Assembly: GCA_951406725.2 (NCBI GenBank)
Contig: OX597821.1
Location: forward strand, 99,696,001 to 99,760,000
From: Octopus vulgaris
Lineage: Eukaryota
DNA: 64,000 nt
Direction of reading: 5' to 3'
Positions within the stretch are counted from its first letter, which is position 1; each line of letters opens with the position of its first letter. The notes below the pieces were generated by a model. The model was not told where the DNA came from, ran no database searches, and saw nothing but the letters and a program-made list of their open reading frames with translations. The translations under genes and the position numbers were made by a program. Positions 25,880 through 40,305 of the stretch are shown here, piece after piece.

Positions 25880-27800
25880 TTGTGACAAGCCATCTTAACT
25901 GCGAAAGGTTTTATGTTATAGGAAAGAGAAAATTAAAGTTCGAAAATAGCGAAGATGTTCAGTCTGAATTTCTGAAAATTGATGCTTGTGCGGTTGTTAT
26001 GGGCAGGAAGGGATAAAGGTTTGGATAAGGTTTTTAGTGTGAGTTTCTGAGGATGAGATACACTAAGATGATGAACGGAGAATGGGGAAGTTTTTTAGTT
26101 CATCAGAAGAGGAATTGATGAAGTAATAATAAATGAGATAGTGTGTGTCAGTTGATGTCTGTTGTTGTTTATAGCTCCATGGCACCTCTGATCAAGTATA
26201 TTCACCATGCCCTTTTTTTTAAAGAAGGTAGGGTGTGATTAGAGATTTGGTTGCTATTTCTAGCAGGCTGAGTTACCATGTAGAGGCTCCCTTGTTGGTT
26301 TGTACAATGTGTCTGTGTTCGCATTATGTAAGTCATATCTTAGCATATTATGTTGTAGTATGTTGGTGAGTGAAAACTTGTTACTCTTTCTCTCTATGCA
26401 GTCTAAAATTGTCTTCTATACAATCAAGAATGTTGTGTACAGCAGCTTTTGTTTGCTGTACTCTAATGTACTGTGGGTGTATTACATGGTATAGTGAGCA
26501 GCTTTACATAACTACCTTATCTTCTATCACTGAAGTTGTTATTGAAAAATAAAGGGTGGAATCATAAGAGTTGTATTTGGCTGGAAGTAGCTGTCTAACA
26601 AGGCACTTCCAACCAGCATTAGATAAGAAGTGGGCGGAGAATCTTGTGCCATTCATGCTTAATGGCTTTCATGTCAAGGGCAACAACATTGCTTTCTTTG
26701 AAGTTTCAAGACTTTTAGTGTGTGACATTGGATGGCAGATTTCCAGTAAATCTGGTTCTATAGAAACTATTGATGGTATTCAGGATGAGAAGATATTTGA
26801 AGATATAGAGAAAGTTGTTTTCATCTGTTACCGTCATGTTTGAGATGTTTGAAGCAAGGGCAATGGGATAGGGTGGTAAGTTGTTCTTTTGGGTGGGGTG
26901 GGGTAGGGGTTGGGGAATTAGACATACTGTTGCATTTACATAAATTCCTTCCTGAGCCACATAGGTTCATGGGGCTGGTTTCCTGGTTTCCATGGTGTAT
27001 ATGTTCCCCACCTGGATGGGATGCTGGTCCATTGCAGGTTCACTTGATTTTGGTAGCTGAGTAGAATGGTGCAATGTGAAATGAAGTGTTTTGCTCAAGA
27101 ACACAACATGTTGCCCAGTCCAAGAATCAAAACCACAATCTGACGATCATTAGTCAAACACCCTAAACACTAAGCCATGCACCGGAGCAGATAATTAAAG
27201 TGTGCGTGTGTGTGAGAGAGAGAGTGGGGTGGAATAAAGAGCTTAGTGAGTATAGAGGGCCAGGTTTGGATCACATTGCTTGAGTGTATTATAAGGAACA
27301 CTGTTAGGACTGAAGTACCTGGAGAAGCTTTTACACTTATTTGAGATCCATAGAGGGATGTTTAGGATGTGTTTTGTTGTTAAGAACAGATTGGAATTGG
27401 CGGGGTGGTGGTGCTAAAGCAGATATCAGATGTGGGATTTATTGCTATGAATACTGTATGGCTCACAGATCCATCATGTTAAGGACAAAAGTGTGGATTC
27501 TGTAAAATTTGTAGAGAGCTCAGTATGAGTATACCAACATAAAGCTTTTGCTTTTGTAGTAGCCATCTAACATGTGCTGTGGCAGACGCATCCCTCCCAT
27601 TTAACGACTTTGGGACATTTATTCCAGATGTTGTAGGTAGTTATTCTTTTGCACAGCAGCAATGCAGCTCCAAATGGATCACTCGAGAGATTTGACTTAC
27701 AGTGTTTGGCTGTTTTGGGATTGGGTGTGTTAGTAGGTCATACCAAAGAGAATGGTTTCAGCCAGTAATGATCCATTTTGGATGATTCAGAGGTAAAACT
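25880..27800 (-). mobile_element. Highly decayed Penelope-like remnant interrupted by younger repeats (ends approximate)
   Basis: Coding-like composition with broken minus-strand remnants resembling a GIY-YIG C-terminus (IFR...NFNFLF at ~25920-25980); interrupted by a SINE at ~26940-27180. Confidence 0.35.
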
Positions 27801-30784
27801 CATTTGTTCTGTGTGTGTGTGTGTACATGCATAGGAGTTTATGTGTATAACTAGGATACGTATTTGTAACAACTGACATGCTCACTTGCATACTTAAAAA
27901 TCAAATAATTGTATTATCAATTCATGAATATTTCTCATAAAAGCATCATTGTCTGTTATTGACTGCGAGTTAGAATCATTTATCTAATTGCTATTGGAAT
28001 TAGATTGGAAACTGGTGATGCTATAGCACTTCCCCCTCTTCAAGTATGACCTTAGCTTGATAGGTTGATTCCAATTGGAAACTTTGAATTAGATCAATTT
28101 AAAGAAAAACAAAAATTCAAAACAAAACAACTTTCTATACAAAACTAAACGATTGTGTTTATATTAAAAAACCTTTTACTGAGAAAGCCAACATAAATAC
28201 TTTATTCAGGATATATTCTGTCAGTTGTTTAAGTGTGATCGAAAGCAGACAAGCGCTAGCTGCTGAATTAGAGAAAAAGTTCTTGGTAATCGAATCACAC
28301 AAATCACTCCTTAATACTTAGTCGTTTTTTTTCATTAGTAATTGTTATTACATATATATAACTCTCCACTCAAACTTTTTTCATTCAAATTAGCATAATT
28401 CACGTATGAAGGGCAGTGATGGAGGAGGAGGGAAAGTTTAACATTCTTTTGATTTGTTTAGTTATTGTATTTTTACAACACATTTATAATCACAGATATT
28501 AGTGCAATATAGTATGTAACAGCTAAGTTATTTGATTGCTGTTATATGTCTTTGTGTGAGGTCGATTGCAGAAATCTTCGTTGTAATCCTCTTGTGTTTT
28601 GTAACAATTCAATAAGTTGTTTTACTAATCTAGTTGCACACATTTAATGACGGCTTCTTCCGTTACATGTTTGTTTTGTATCAATTACTCATTTATTACC
28701 CAGACCTTGTTCCTAGTTTCATGTTGTTGTATAGAGTTTAGATAACACTGTAATTACAAAGATGTTTTCTTATGCAAATAAATCCCAATTCTGCCTTGTC
28801 TTGTTTAAGAGGATAAGTAGGACAGTGAGATATCTTGTTAATTAGAGCCCACGATACTATCATTATTTCTCTCTTGTCTATTCAGCATCATGTTGCAGTG
28901 TTTTAATACATTAAGTTGCTTTGTTAAGCAAAAGAAAAAGAGTGCAAAGTAGACTGGTGTTAACAACAAATTTTTAATATTTGTACTCTTAAAGAGGGCT
29001 TGTTTGCATTAATCTGTTCTATGTAATGTGTCTGACCATTACTGTACTTGTTTAGAAAAATCTAGTCTTTAACTCTCTTGATACTAATCCTCCTGAGACT
29101 GTTCCCTGATTCTAGAATACAAACTTTTTGTTTTAAAAATAATCTAAGCTAAAACCTTCCGTCAAAATTGCATGATAATTTTTGTTCTAAACAACTTAAC
29201 GATAAAGTTACTTTACTAAATTCTTCGTTATTTTCATAAATAATTGAAGCAGAAGCAGTTTATTACAACAGAAATTTTTTATCAAAAGGGTTTAACTTTG
29301 GTATTTAGTGCCATATACTTTTAACTTTGTTTTTATGAATTCACACACACTGTGTGTTGTTTCTATAATTTTTGCGAGAAGTTTGTTGTCAAGCATGCCT
29401 CTCTGTCTCTATATTTAGACTGAATTTCTAGGCTTATAACCAAAATGAGAGATGTCAGTACCCTAAAGAGACACAAAGCTTCTGTTGACAGACATCTTGA
29501 AAACAACAGAAACATAACGACATAAATTTATTCAACTGTACAAAGATACAGTCACTGTACTTATCAAGACAACATACACATTCTTCCTATTGTCTTGCAT
29601 CACCCAGCAGCAAAAACCTCTACAAATGCTAGATTTCAGTAACTTCTCATAAGTGGGCTACATTGTTAAGACTGCATCCTAAAGCCTGAATTTCCTTTTT
29701 GCAACCACAATATACTTCAGTTCTGGACAGAGGTGGCATTCATTAAATGAGTGTTACTATCATACAAGTGGTGTTTGTTATTTCCAGTCTTCCATGAAAA
29801 CATGTCAGGCCTTAGAAACAAGTAAAGGTTGGCAATTGGACGGGCTTCTGACTATAAAAAATCTGTCTGATCCATGCTTGTGTGATAAAATAGAGAATGA
29901 ATTGATGATGATAATGATTTCTCACCATGATACAGTCATACCATTTTATTCATCTTTTCTCTAGCAGCCATCTACTAACATCTCCTCATCCATTTATCAT
30001 CATTATCATCATTACTAGACTATCATCATTACTGTAGTAGGGATATCTGGATTTGTGTAATTTCTTAACATTTGTTTAGGTTCATTTAAGTTTGCACTCC
30101 TAAAAGCAACTTTTGATATTTTTGAATTCTTAATTATTTTCAATTTATTTATCTACATTTTAGTTTTATTGATTTTTTTTCTTCTAGAAGGCAAACAATG
30201 TTCAGTATTTTTAGAGAATTTATAGATATCCTTGAGCAGTTATAAGCTATTCAAAAATAGATATTAAAAGAGAATAGAAAATATTGATGTATTTTTAGTC
30301 TAGTCTTGATTGTTTGTTGTTGGATTGTCTCAATCAGCTCTGCTTGAATAAATCTATGATAGCCAGTCAAATGGAATCAAAACTGGTGGATGTTTCTAGC
30401 TATGGCTCTCTTGTCTGTATTGTTGAGTGAGGTTACCTAGGATTTTGGACTTGAAAATATGGTGGCTCTAATTTAAGGAATATGTTGAGGGCGGTAAACA
30501 ATAAATCAAATGTGTTGGCTCTGTTAAATATTCTTTAATTTTTTTTATTGGTTTCAGTGATCTAAATATGGCAGTGCCAAGACTCTTGCCTTCAAGGTTT
30601 ATATTTCACTTCTGATTTTAATCAATCAGGCATAGCTGCATGGTTAAGAAGCTTGCTTTGCAACTATGTGGTTTCAAGTTCAGTCCTATTGCACAGCAGC
30701 TTTGGCAAGTGTTTTCTGTGAAAGCTGTGGGCTGATAATTCCTTGTGTGGAAGCCCACTGAAGCTTGCTTCTCAACCTTATATG

Positions 30785-30898
30785 GTTCAGGGTTCAGTCC
30801 CACTTCGTGGCACCCTGGGCAAGTATTTTCTACTATAGCTTTGAGTCGAACAAAGCCTTGTGAGTGGATTTGGTTGAAGGAAACTGAAAAGAAGCCCA

Positions 30899-30938
<40 letters not shown>

Positions 30939-31870
30939 GTGTATATAGAAGGTTGAAAAGGAGTCTTTGTCTGTCCCCCATCACCACTTGACAAACAGTG
31001 TTGGTGTGTTTACATCGCCATAACTTAGCGGTTCAGCAAAAAACGCTGATAGGTTAAGTACTAGGCTTAAAAATAAAGTCCTGGGGTCGATTTGTTTTGA
31101 CTAAAATCCTTCAAGGCAGTGCCCTGGTATGGCTGCAGTTAAATGGCTGAAACAATAATAGAATAATAGAACACATATGTATGTATATATATGTCTGTGT
31201 GTTTTTGTATCTGTGTTTATTCCATGACACTACTTGATGACTGGTGTTGGTTTGTTTACATTCCTGTGATTTACTGGTTTGGCATAAGAGTGATAGAATG
31301 GCGGGATGCAACTTGGAACCATTCTACATTTGTATGTGCAAACATTGACACATATACACACTAATGTCTGGTTTTGCAAATGTGGGAGAAAAGAATTCGG
31401 AGTTAAACAGAGTTATATGTATATAGATATATTATGTGTGTATATATTTATGTGTGTGTGTCTTTGTATCTGTGTCTCCCCCCCCCCAGTCGCTTGACAA
31501 CCAATGTTGGTGTGTTTATGTCCCCATAACTTAGCACTTTGGCAGAAAAGACCAATAGAATAAGTACTAGGCTTTCAAATAATAAGTCCTGGGGTTGATT
31601 TCTTCAACTAAAAAAAAAAAAAACTCTTTAAGGTAGTGCTCCAGCATGGCCACAGTCAAATGCCTGAAACATGTAAAAGAAAAACAAAAGAAAAAAAATG
31701 TGTTTAAAATCCCTGTGACCTAGTGGTCTGGCAAAACGAACTGATAGAATAAATACCAGGCTTAAAAAAATAAGTCCTGGGGTTCATTTGTTTGTCTAAA
31801 ACCTTTCAAGGTCGTGCTCCAGCATGGCCGCTGTCAAATGACTGAAGCAACCAAGTAAAAGATAAGATAG
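30785..31870 (+). mobile_element. Cluster of tandem family-A SINE copies and 3' fragments
   Basis: Three repeats of GATAGAATAAGTACTAGGCTT...CCTGGGG...CCAGCATGGCC..AGTCAAATG.CTGAAAC-type tails. Confidence 0.8.
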
Positions 31871-32017
31871 GTGTGTGTGTGTTTGTATAATGTATTTGTG
31901 TGTATGTGCATCTGTTTAATGTATACATGTCCACATAAATATTCTTCAATATACATGCTTTAAACAGTTATCATTTCTTTTCTCATTCCTTTTCGTCTAC
32001 CTCTTGTAACCTATATT

Positions 32018-32484
32018 ATTTACATTCGATGTTTGTTGTTAACACGTTTCGGCTGATATACCCTCCAGCCTTCATCAGGTGTCTTGGGGAAATTTCGAAT
32101 CTTGATTCTGATTCCTAAGGTATTTATTATTATTGTTGTTGTTGTTGTTATTGTTCAGGTCACTGCTTGGAATCGAACTCGGAATCTTGGGGTTAGTAGC
32201 CCGCACTCTTAACCACTACGCCACTGGCATATGGCATAGTGGTTAAGAGCATGGGCTACTAACCCCAAGATTCTGAGTTCGATTCCAAGTAGTGACCTGA
32301 ACAATAATAATAATAATAATAACATCGAAAAATACCTTAGGAATGAGAACCCAGGTTCAAAATTTTCCCAAGACACCTGAAGAAGGCTGGAGGGCATATA
32401 ATCCGAAACGTGTTAACAACAAACAAAATGAGGACAAATATCTGTCAAATGTAAATAATTCCTCATCTCTTAAATATAGAACTG
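32018..32484. mobile_element. Fold-back element: two head-to-head tRNA-headed units with Penelope/hammerhead-like tails
   Basis: Arms ~32018-32223 and ~32232-32458 are reverse complements; 16-bp direct repeat TCTTGTAACCTATATT at 32002-32017 and 32485-32500. Confidence 0.85.
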
Positions 32485-35400
32485 TCTTGTAACCTATATT
32501 GTCCAACTGTTTCTTATCCCTCTCATTCTATTTGTGCTATTTTACCTACACACACACACTGACCAGTTTCCATGCAGTTCTTTTCTACCAGGTTCTGCTC
32601 TCAAGCCACTGGTCATAGAAAACACTCACCTAATGTGTCCATCACACAGTGAGATTGAAATCAGAACCATATGGCTTCATCTGTGTCTTTTGACGTGCCC
32701 TAGATTTAAATTTATTGTTTCTAGCTTCTGAAGATATTTTATTTCATGTTGGCAGTATCTCTCTTGAAAGCTTGCCAAAATAATTCATTCAAATCCATAA
32801 CACTTCAGTTTCCTCAAAGTTTATCATCATTGTTATTAACATAAAAAGCACTTCCACTCTACATCTCTCTCTCTCTCTCTGTCTGCCTGTTTACATATTC
32901 ATGGGATGCAAGATTTAGGATGCTAGATAGTAAAAGAATTCTTGTTACTCCTTTTCTCTTGGTGACAGATATATCACTTGTTATATTGCTTTTTAATTGA
33001 TCAGGGAAACATCTTTTAATATTTGGTTTATATTTTTTTTTCATTATTGTGATCAATATTTACTTTAGAATGTTGCTTTAGGAGGGAAAAAGTCTTGGTT
33101 TTATTGTTATTATTATTATAATTTTTTTTTTTTGAAAAATAAAATGCACAACAAAATGCCAAGGTCATAAACATTTTATCATTGGTTTTTATATAATGTT
33201 ATCGATCACTTCTGCTTGATGTCTTTTGCATCAGTTGATTTGGTGGTATACTCTAGTTTCCTTCTACTTATGGTAAAGCAAGATCTTTTGAATTCAAAGC
33301 AGTCTACAAAATACGAAAATAAATAAACAAATAAATAAATAAAGAATAATTTGTTTACTGAAGCATGTAATTTGATATTGATTTGAGTGAAAAGAAAAAG
33401 GAAGAAGAAAAAAAATCAATTTCCATCCATTTTAGCTTTTGCAATATATTCTTGTTTACTAACTCAGTGTTTTTTTTTTTTTAAAAGAAAATTTATTTCA
33501 TGAACCATTAATAAACTTCTTGCGAAGACTCGGCCATGCCAATAATTATGGAAGACTAGATATTTGAGACAGTTGTTTAAAATTCTATCTGTTGACAGCT
33601 GAAACCTCAGCTCAAATTCTGTTCTGTCGGTTTAGAAATCTTGATCTCTCTTTTTATTGATCTCTCTATGAGGTGTTGTTCAAAATCTAAACTAAAGTGT
33701 TTGAATTTTAAAAACTGTCTTTTTAGTATTATTGTTATTATTATTATTATTCTGTTTTCTTTCCTCTATTTTTCTCTGCAGTTCATTTTCATTCTTTTGC
33801 TTTATTTTAATTTATTTTTATTTTCCTTTTTTTTCTTCTGTCTACTTTGTTAGCTGCTGCTTCTTCTTCTTCCTCTTCTTCTTCTTCGTCCTCTTCTTCT
33901 CCTCCTGATGATGATGATGATGCTTTAAATTGATTATTATATCTGGTTGGCATCATTTCACTTTTCTAATTACAGTTGTCTATCTTCCTTTTGTAATGTT
34001 AAATTTTCATACTTCTGTAAGAAATCGTTAATTTTGAGAGTAGCAGCAGTGGTGTGGGTATTGTATGGGACTTCCAATTGGTACATGAGGAAGTTGTATT
34101 TGGCTGCAGATTTTCTATTGCATTCTTGGGCAAGGCATTCAATTTTACTTTCCTTACATTTTATTACTGCTTTGAGATCATCGTCATCATCATTTAATGC
34201 CTGTGTTCCATGTTTGCATGCGTTGGAGAGTTTGGCTGGAGCTGACTAGCCAGGGGACTGTGCCAAGTGCCAGCATCTGCTATGGTTAGATGCCCATCCT
34301 AATGTCAACCACTTTACACAATGTACTGGGGGTGTTTTATGTGGCACCAGCACCAGTGAGGTCACCATGTAACTCAGAAGACACGGCCCCTCGACTAAGT
34401 GTGGTGACTTATTGAAAAAGCACAAAGATAAAGCTGATAAAGCCAGATTCTTGGTTTAAAAAGAAAAAGAAAGTCGTTAATATCATAATAAATGTATAAC
34501 ATCACAAATTCTCAAGAAATGTAATCTTTGTCTTGATTTCAATTCCCATTTGGAATAGTTTCACATACTGTGAAACTGAGAACATTTCCATTTCATTCTA
34601 ACCCCCCCCTCCCTTCCACCCCACCCTATCTAACAAAGATAATTATTTTTTGAGCTGAAATGTCATGCACACACACATACACACACACATAGCTGATAGT
34701 AGTGGTGGTAGCAGCTGATTTTCTGATTGAGCCAAGGAAACCATATTTCCATTAATTTTTCAAATTGCTGATGCTATCTTGCTATCTGTTGATTGCAGCT
34801 CCTGACAGAAGAAAAATTTTTTAGCTTATTAAAAAAATTACTATTATTATTATTACATTTGTGGTTTGGCAAGCGTGGATGTATCTGCTTTGCTTCAAAT
34901 GTCTTTAGATTTACCGTATTTATATGTAATGAAAAAACCCATTTCTTTTGAAATATTATACCAGTAAGAATGTGTTGGAATAGTTCTATGTCCACCCTGT
35001 TTATTTTGGGGTGAAAAAAAAATACAGTTTGTCTCTGAGTATTTTTATATTCCATATTTTGTAAATACTGTTTACTAGAGATTTGAGATGGCTTTTTGTG
35101 ATAGAGGAGTGGGAAGAGGTGCTTGTCACAGCAGCAGTGGTAATGCTAATGTAAACATACACCCTTCAGATGAAAACCAATGAAAAAATAATATGGATGC
35201 AATTAATTGTCAAAAGACAGATTAAAAAAAGATCAAGCCAGCAATATCAAACGAACCCACATAGCAAACATTCATACTTTGACAAGTGATAAAAAAAATA
35301 ATGAAGTTGTTAATTGCCATATAATGTGTTTTCTAATGCTGTGAACTACAAAGAATCTCTGTACATAGGTTGGCTTCAACAAAAACCTGTATAGGAAAGA

Positions 35401-38400
35401 TGTGTTACAAAGGGTAGTACCTACTTGCTTGAGGGATACATATAGTAAGGCATAAAAATGAGAGTAACAAGTTGCCATGTTTTTCTCAATAAAAAACCCC
35501 CCAAAACAAAACAACCTAAAACCCTAGTGGTAGGAGACCGAAGATCTTGTATGGAAAGTTGTAGTTTTTGTCATTGTTGCACAGCGTGTGTGTGTGGACG
35601 TGCATGTATGTTATCTTCAGGATTAAGGATGTAGTGAGGCAGCAGGTCAAGTTGGGGTGCCACATACTGCTCACCAGGTAGCACTGCCATAGATGGGTTG
35701 ATTAAATACAAAGATCTCAATGAATGGCAATGACATTGAACCTTTGCCTTTCCATTATTTCAGCAACGGTACTGAATTAACTAAAAATATGTAGTTGGAT
35801 GAGATCTGTATAGACATACAAGTTATAAGAGTCAAAGATCATAGAGCCATTCTTGAGCTATGCTTTGTTGTTCACTGCAGCAATAAAAGCTATGAAATTG
35901 GTGGTGCAGTGTTTCAGAAATGGCTACATGAAGGCTTTTTTGCTTAGACAATCTAAAAAAGCTGGAAACCTGCCTTGGTATATTTTATAGTACCCCTGTC
36001 CTTCTCACTTTTTTTAGTTATTTATTACCACATATTTTACAACACCTTTGTATGTGTTTTAATGTATATATATATTCAAACATATTATGTTATGTAATGA
36101 TAAAGAATTATTAACACATTAGTCTGGCAGAATAATTAGGGCATTGAACAAAGGCCTTGTGGTATTTGTTCTGGCTTTTTGCAGTATGATTTCAAATCCT
36201 GCTGAGGTCAGATTTGCCTTTCATTTTCGTGGAGTCAATAAAACCAGTATCTGTCAAGCAGTGGAATTGATATATTGACTGTTTCTTTCTCCACAAAATT
36301 TCTGGCCTTGTGCCAATGTAAGAAATTCTTCGTCTTAGTGGTACTAGTATTATGCTGGCAGAATCATTGGACACAATGCTTAGCAGTATTTTGTCCATCT
36401 CTACATTTTGAGTTGAAATTCCACTGTATTTCATTCTGTCTTTCATCTTTTTGGGGTTGATAAGTATCAGTTCCACAATGGGGTGATGTAATCGAGTAGC
36501 CCCCATCCCCCCAAATTTCAGGCCTTGTGCCTCTAATAGAAAGGATTATTATTATTATAGCAGTGAGCTGGCTGAACTGCTAGCACGCCAGGCGAAATGC
36601 TTAGCAGCATTTTGTCTGTCTTTACATCCTGAGTTCAATTTCTGCCAAGGTCAACTTTACCTTTCATACTTTCAGGATTGATAAAATAAATGCTACCTGT
36701 AGAGTACAGGGGTCAATGTAATTGGCTTACCACCACCTCTGAAATTGCTGGTCTTGTGCCAAATTTGAAATCATTAATATTATCATTATTATTGACATTT
36801 TCCATGACCACCACAAGATTTTGTGTCTCTATAAGGGATTTGTTTACTTTCTTTTCCTTTTATAAATTTTGTTGAGAAACTGACACACATTATTGAATTG
36901 CACAAATCCAAGAGACTGGTAGTTCCAGTTCCCCAATTCCAGGAGTAGTTTATGTATCCAGAGGGAAGCAACACATGGACAGTAGCAACCATCTGCAACT
37001 GTGAGTAGGAATCCCGGACCCTGGCCACAGCTATATGCAAGCCCCAGAATTTCATTATGATTGGGACATATGGACATCAGATAACCAAGGCCAGAGTCAC
37101 TAATGTTTCACTCACAGGAACCAGATCAGAGTGATAACAGTGATGAAACAATGAGGAAATGATAGAATTCATATCTTCTCAACCTTCAACAGAACTAAAT
37201 AGGAACTTCACTGGAGTTCCTTGTGCTAATTTTAGCTTCCTTGATTATACTGTGTAACAAAATTTTATATTTTTTCCCTTTGTCTTTGGTCAGTAAGTGT
37301 TATTTCTTATTTCCATTCAAACTTTGCTCTTGTGACCTGGAGACCAATGTTTTGAAACTGACCTATTTTCTGTTACATTTCAGACACATTCAGTGCTGAG
37401 TTGCTGAAGCAAAAATATCATCATAGCAAATATTCTGCTCAATACCACAGATTTGCTTGTTGGTTGCTTGACTTTAACCACTTGAGCATGTCCTTTAGTG
37501 GCTGGCAATTTGTGCATCTCTGATCATGAGCAGGGGTAGTTGGGGAGAATCATAGCTATGTGTTAAGAGGGACTCTTTGGGGTTTGAATAAATATAACAA
37601 AAGCAAAGTTTGAAGGGAATATTAACCATTTTTCATACTTTACAGGAGTAAGCAAATGGGAAATGACAGTTGCTACGCAAAGACAAAAATTGTGTTAAAC
37701 AGTGTAATTTTTATTTTGAAGAGTGTGAGCAGTGCTGGTGGTAATTGAGGGTAAAATACCCAAATATTACATATGTTGGAAAATAGGACTACCTCATAGT
37801 TTTCTGTTTCATGTAGATGGTGGCAGCTGATTAGTATTTTCTACTGTTGCTATGGTAGTAATTGCTGCAATCACAATAGTAGCAGCAGTCACTGTAATTT
37901 CAAGTAGCTGTATCAGTGTCAACAACAACAGCTACTACAGGTCTATAGAAGAGTATATCATAAAGAAGTCTTCCTATCAATAACAAAAGCAAGAGGAAAC
38001 ATCTGAAAGCACAAAAATAGCATTGACACCTTCTAATCTCTCAAATGAGGGAAATGACAAGATGACTGGAAAGCATCCAAAACATGGAAGATCAATAAAG
38101 TGGAAGAAGGATGGTTCAAGACAATCTATCAAACTGACCTCTCAGCTGAATGGTTTGGCAGTGCCAAAATGAGCAAAAGCCAAAATGACATGGATAAACA
38201 AATACCCAAATCATCCAACAGTTCTATATGTTCTGAGTTACAATCATGTTGAGGTTACTTTGTCTCTCATCCCTCTGAGGTCAAGAACATAAAGTACCAG
38301 TCAAAAACTTGGGTTTATTTAATCAACTATCAGCTTCCCTAACCCTCTAGATTTTTGGCCTTGTAACCACTTAGGAATTAGTGTTATTATTAGGGCAGTG

Positions 38401-39536
38401 AAGCATTGGACAAAATGTCTTGCAGTATTTGTTTTGGTTCATTACTGTCTGAGTTCAAATCAAAGTACCAGTTGAATACTGGGTTGATTTAATTGGCTAT
38501 CCACCCAAATTTCTGGTTTAGTGTCTATATTACAAACATTTGTCATCATCATCATCATCATCATCAATGGATATGTAGTGACTATAGGGTATATATGTAA
38601 AGTTAGGAAAGTAGACTACTTACAGGCTTAGTAATGTGTTCAAGTCTTGATACTGCTATTGTGTTTTACTTCTTTACTGTCTGACTAAAAGTAGGTTACA
38701 CTCTCTTTAACTTGAAGGTGTGATTGATATAAAGTATATGCTGCTTTAAAAATAGCAGCTCCAATAGTAAGCAAAGGTCTGAATTTGTAAAGTTCATCCC
38801 ACCCATGTTGACAAGGGTAAAAGAGACCTAAGATGCACAAGAAATAAAATCCTCGTAATTGAGATGAAGATCTCAAATGTTTATTTGCCAGATGTTAAAT
38901 ATGAACTTTCAATTTTAAGGATCTAAAATGTATTACTCACTTCATGATATATTCCATTTGCATTTTGCCAGATCAGTAGACATAAACATTAGTTGTTGTT
39001 GATTAGAGCTGATTCTCTTGCTGGAGCTTTTAAGCATATTATTAGAAGGTAGAAACGTTAAAGCATGTACCAAAATGTCTTGTGGTATTGGTATTTGTTT
39101 CCACCTTTTACATTCTGTGTTCAAATCTTACCAAGGTTAACTTTGCCTTTTATCCTTCTGAGATTGATGAAATAAAAGCTAAATACTGCCGTCAGTTTAA
39201 TCAACAAAACCTCTCCACTCGCCTTGTGCCTTTGTCAGAAGTAATTACTCAGATTATATGTTAAAAAATGTTACATTAAGTAAATTTTATCTTCATTAAT
39301 TTTCAAACTGAAAGTTAATCATTTTTGCAAAAAGTTCAATATATTAAATACATTAATGTTTATCTGTATTAGCTTGAGAAAGTAAACCTAATTCAGTCAA
39401 GAATTGATAATAAATGCATTGAATTAAACTTCTCTGCTTAGAATCTGGCTTATTTGGGAAATTTTTGTGCTTGTGTCTACATAACACTTGTATGCATGAA
39501 ACCTTATAGAACATTAGATAGAATCATATAAGCTTG

Positions 39537-39569
<33 letters not shown>

Positions 39570-39573
<4 letters not shown>

Positions 39574-39862
39574 TTGTTTTGTTTGTTTCAGTCATTTGAC
39601 TGCGGCCATGCTGGAGCACCGCCTTTAGTCGAACAAATCGACCCCGGGACTTATTCTTTGTAAGCCCAGTACTTATTCTATCGGTCTCTTTTGCCGAACC
39701 ACTAAGTGACGGGGACGTAAACACACCAGCATCGGTTGTCAAGCAATGCTAGGGGGACAAACACAGACACACAAACACACACACACACACATATATATAT
39801 ATACATATATACGACAGGCTTCTTTCAGTTTCCGTCTACCAAATCCACTCACAAGGCATTGG
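39570..39862 (-). mobile_element. Young 5'-truncated family-A SINE
   Basis: Nearly identical to 1113-1384; CpGs retained. Confidence 0.88.
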
Positions 39863-40305
39863 TAATGTGTTTTACTTCTTTACTGTCTGACTAAAAGTAG
39901 GTTACACATATATACACATATACACATATATATATAAAACAAAACGTACAAACAGTTACTGTAGTGACTTTTGACTGGTAGCCAAACATGGTTACCGTGT
40001 TCTTTTGTGTAATGAAGTCACACTAGGTCAATAACATCAATCTAAATTTGACACATACTTGCTTTACAACTCAAAGAAAAAATTAGATTTTTTAAAAAAT
40101 AGCCCAGTTAGTTCACACATTTAGAACAGTTTGAATTATTATGTGTGGATGATTTTAAAAGTTTGCCACCTGCAACTCCTGTCGTTCAAGATTCCTAATT
40201 ATAAACTTTCAAATTGAGAGGAGTCTGAGTTTAGATAAATTTCTGCAGTTCAGTTACATATTTTTTTTTAGCCAAGTTGTGTGTCAACAATTTTAAGTCC
40301 TTTAA

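Noticed and set aside
32232-32298. Functional tRNA gene
   Set aside because: A/B boxes and an anticodon-like arm are present but no acceptor stem; it is the head of a repeat. The same applies to the other SINE heads.
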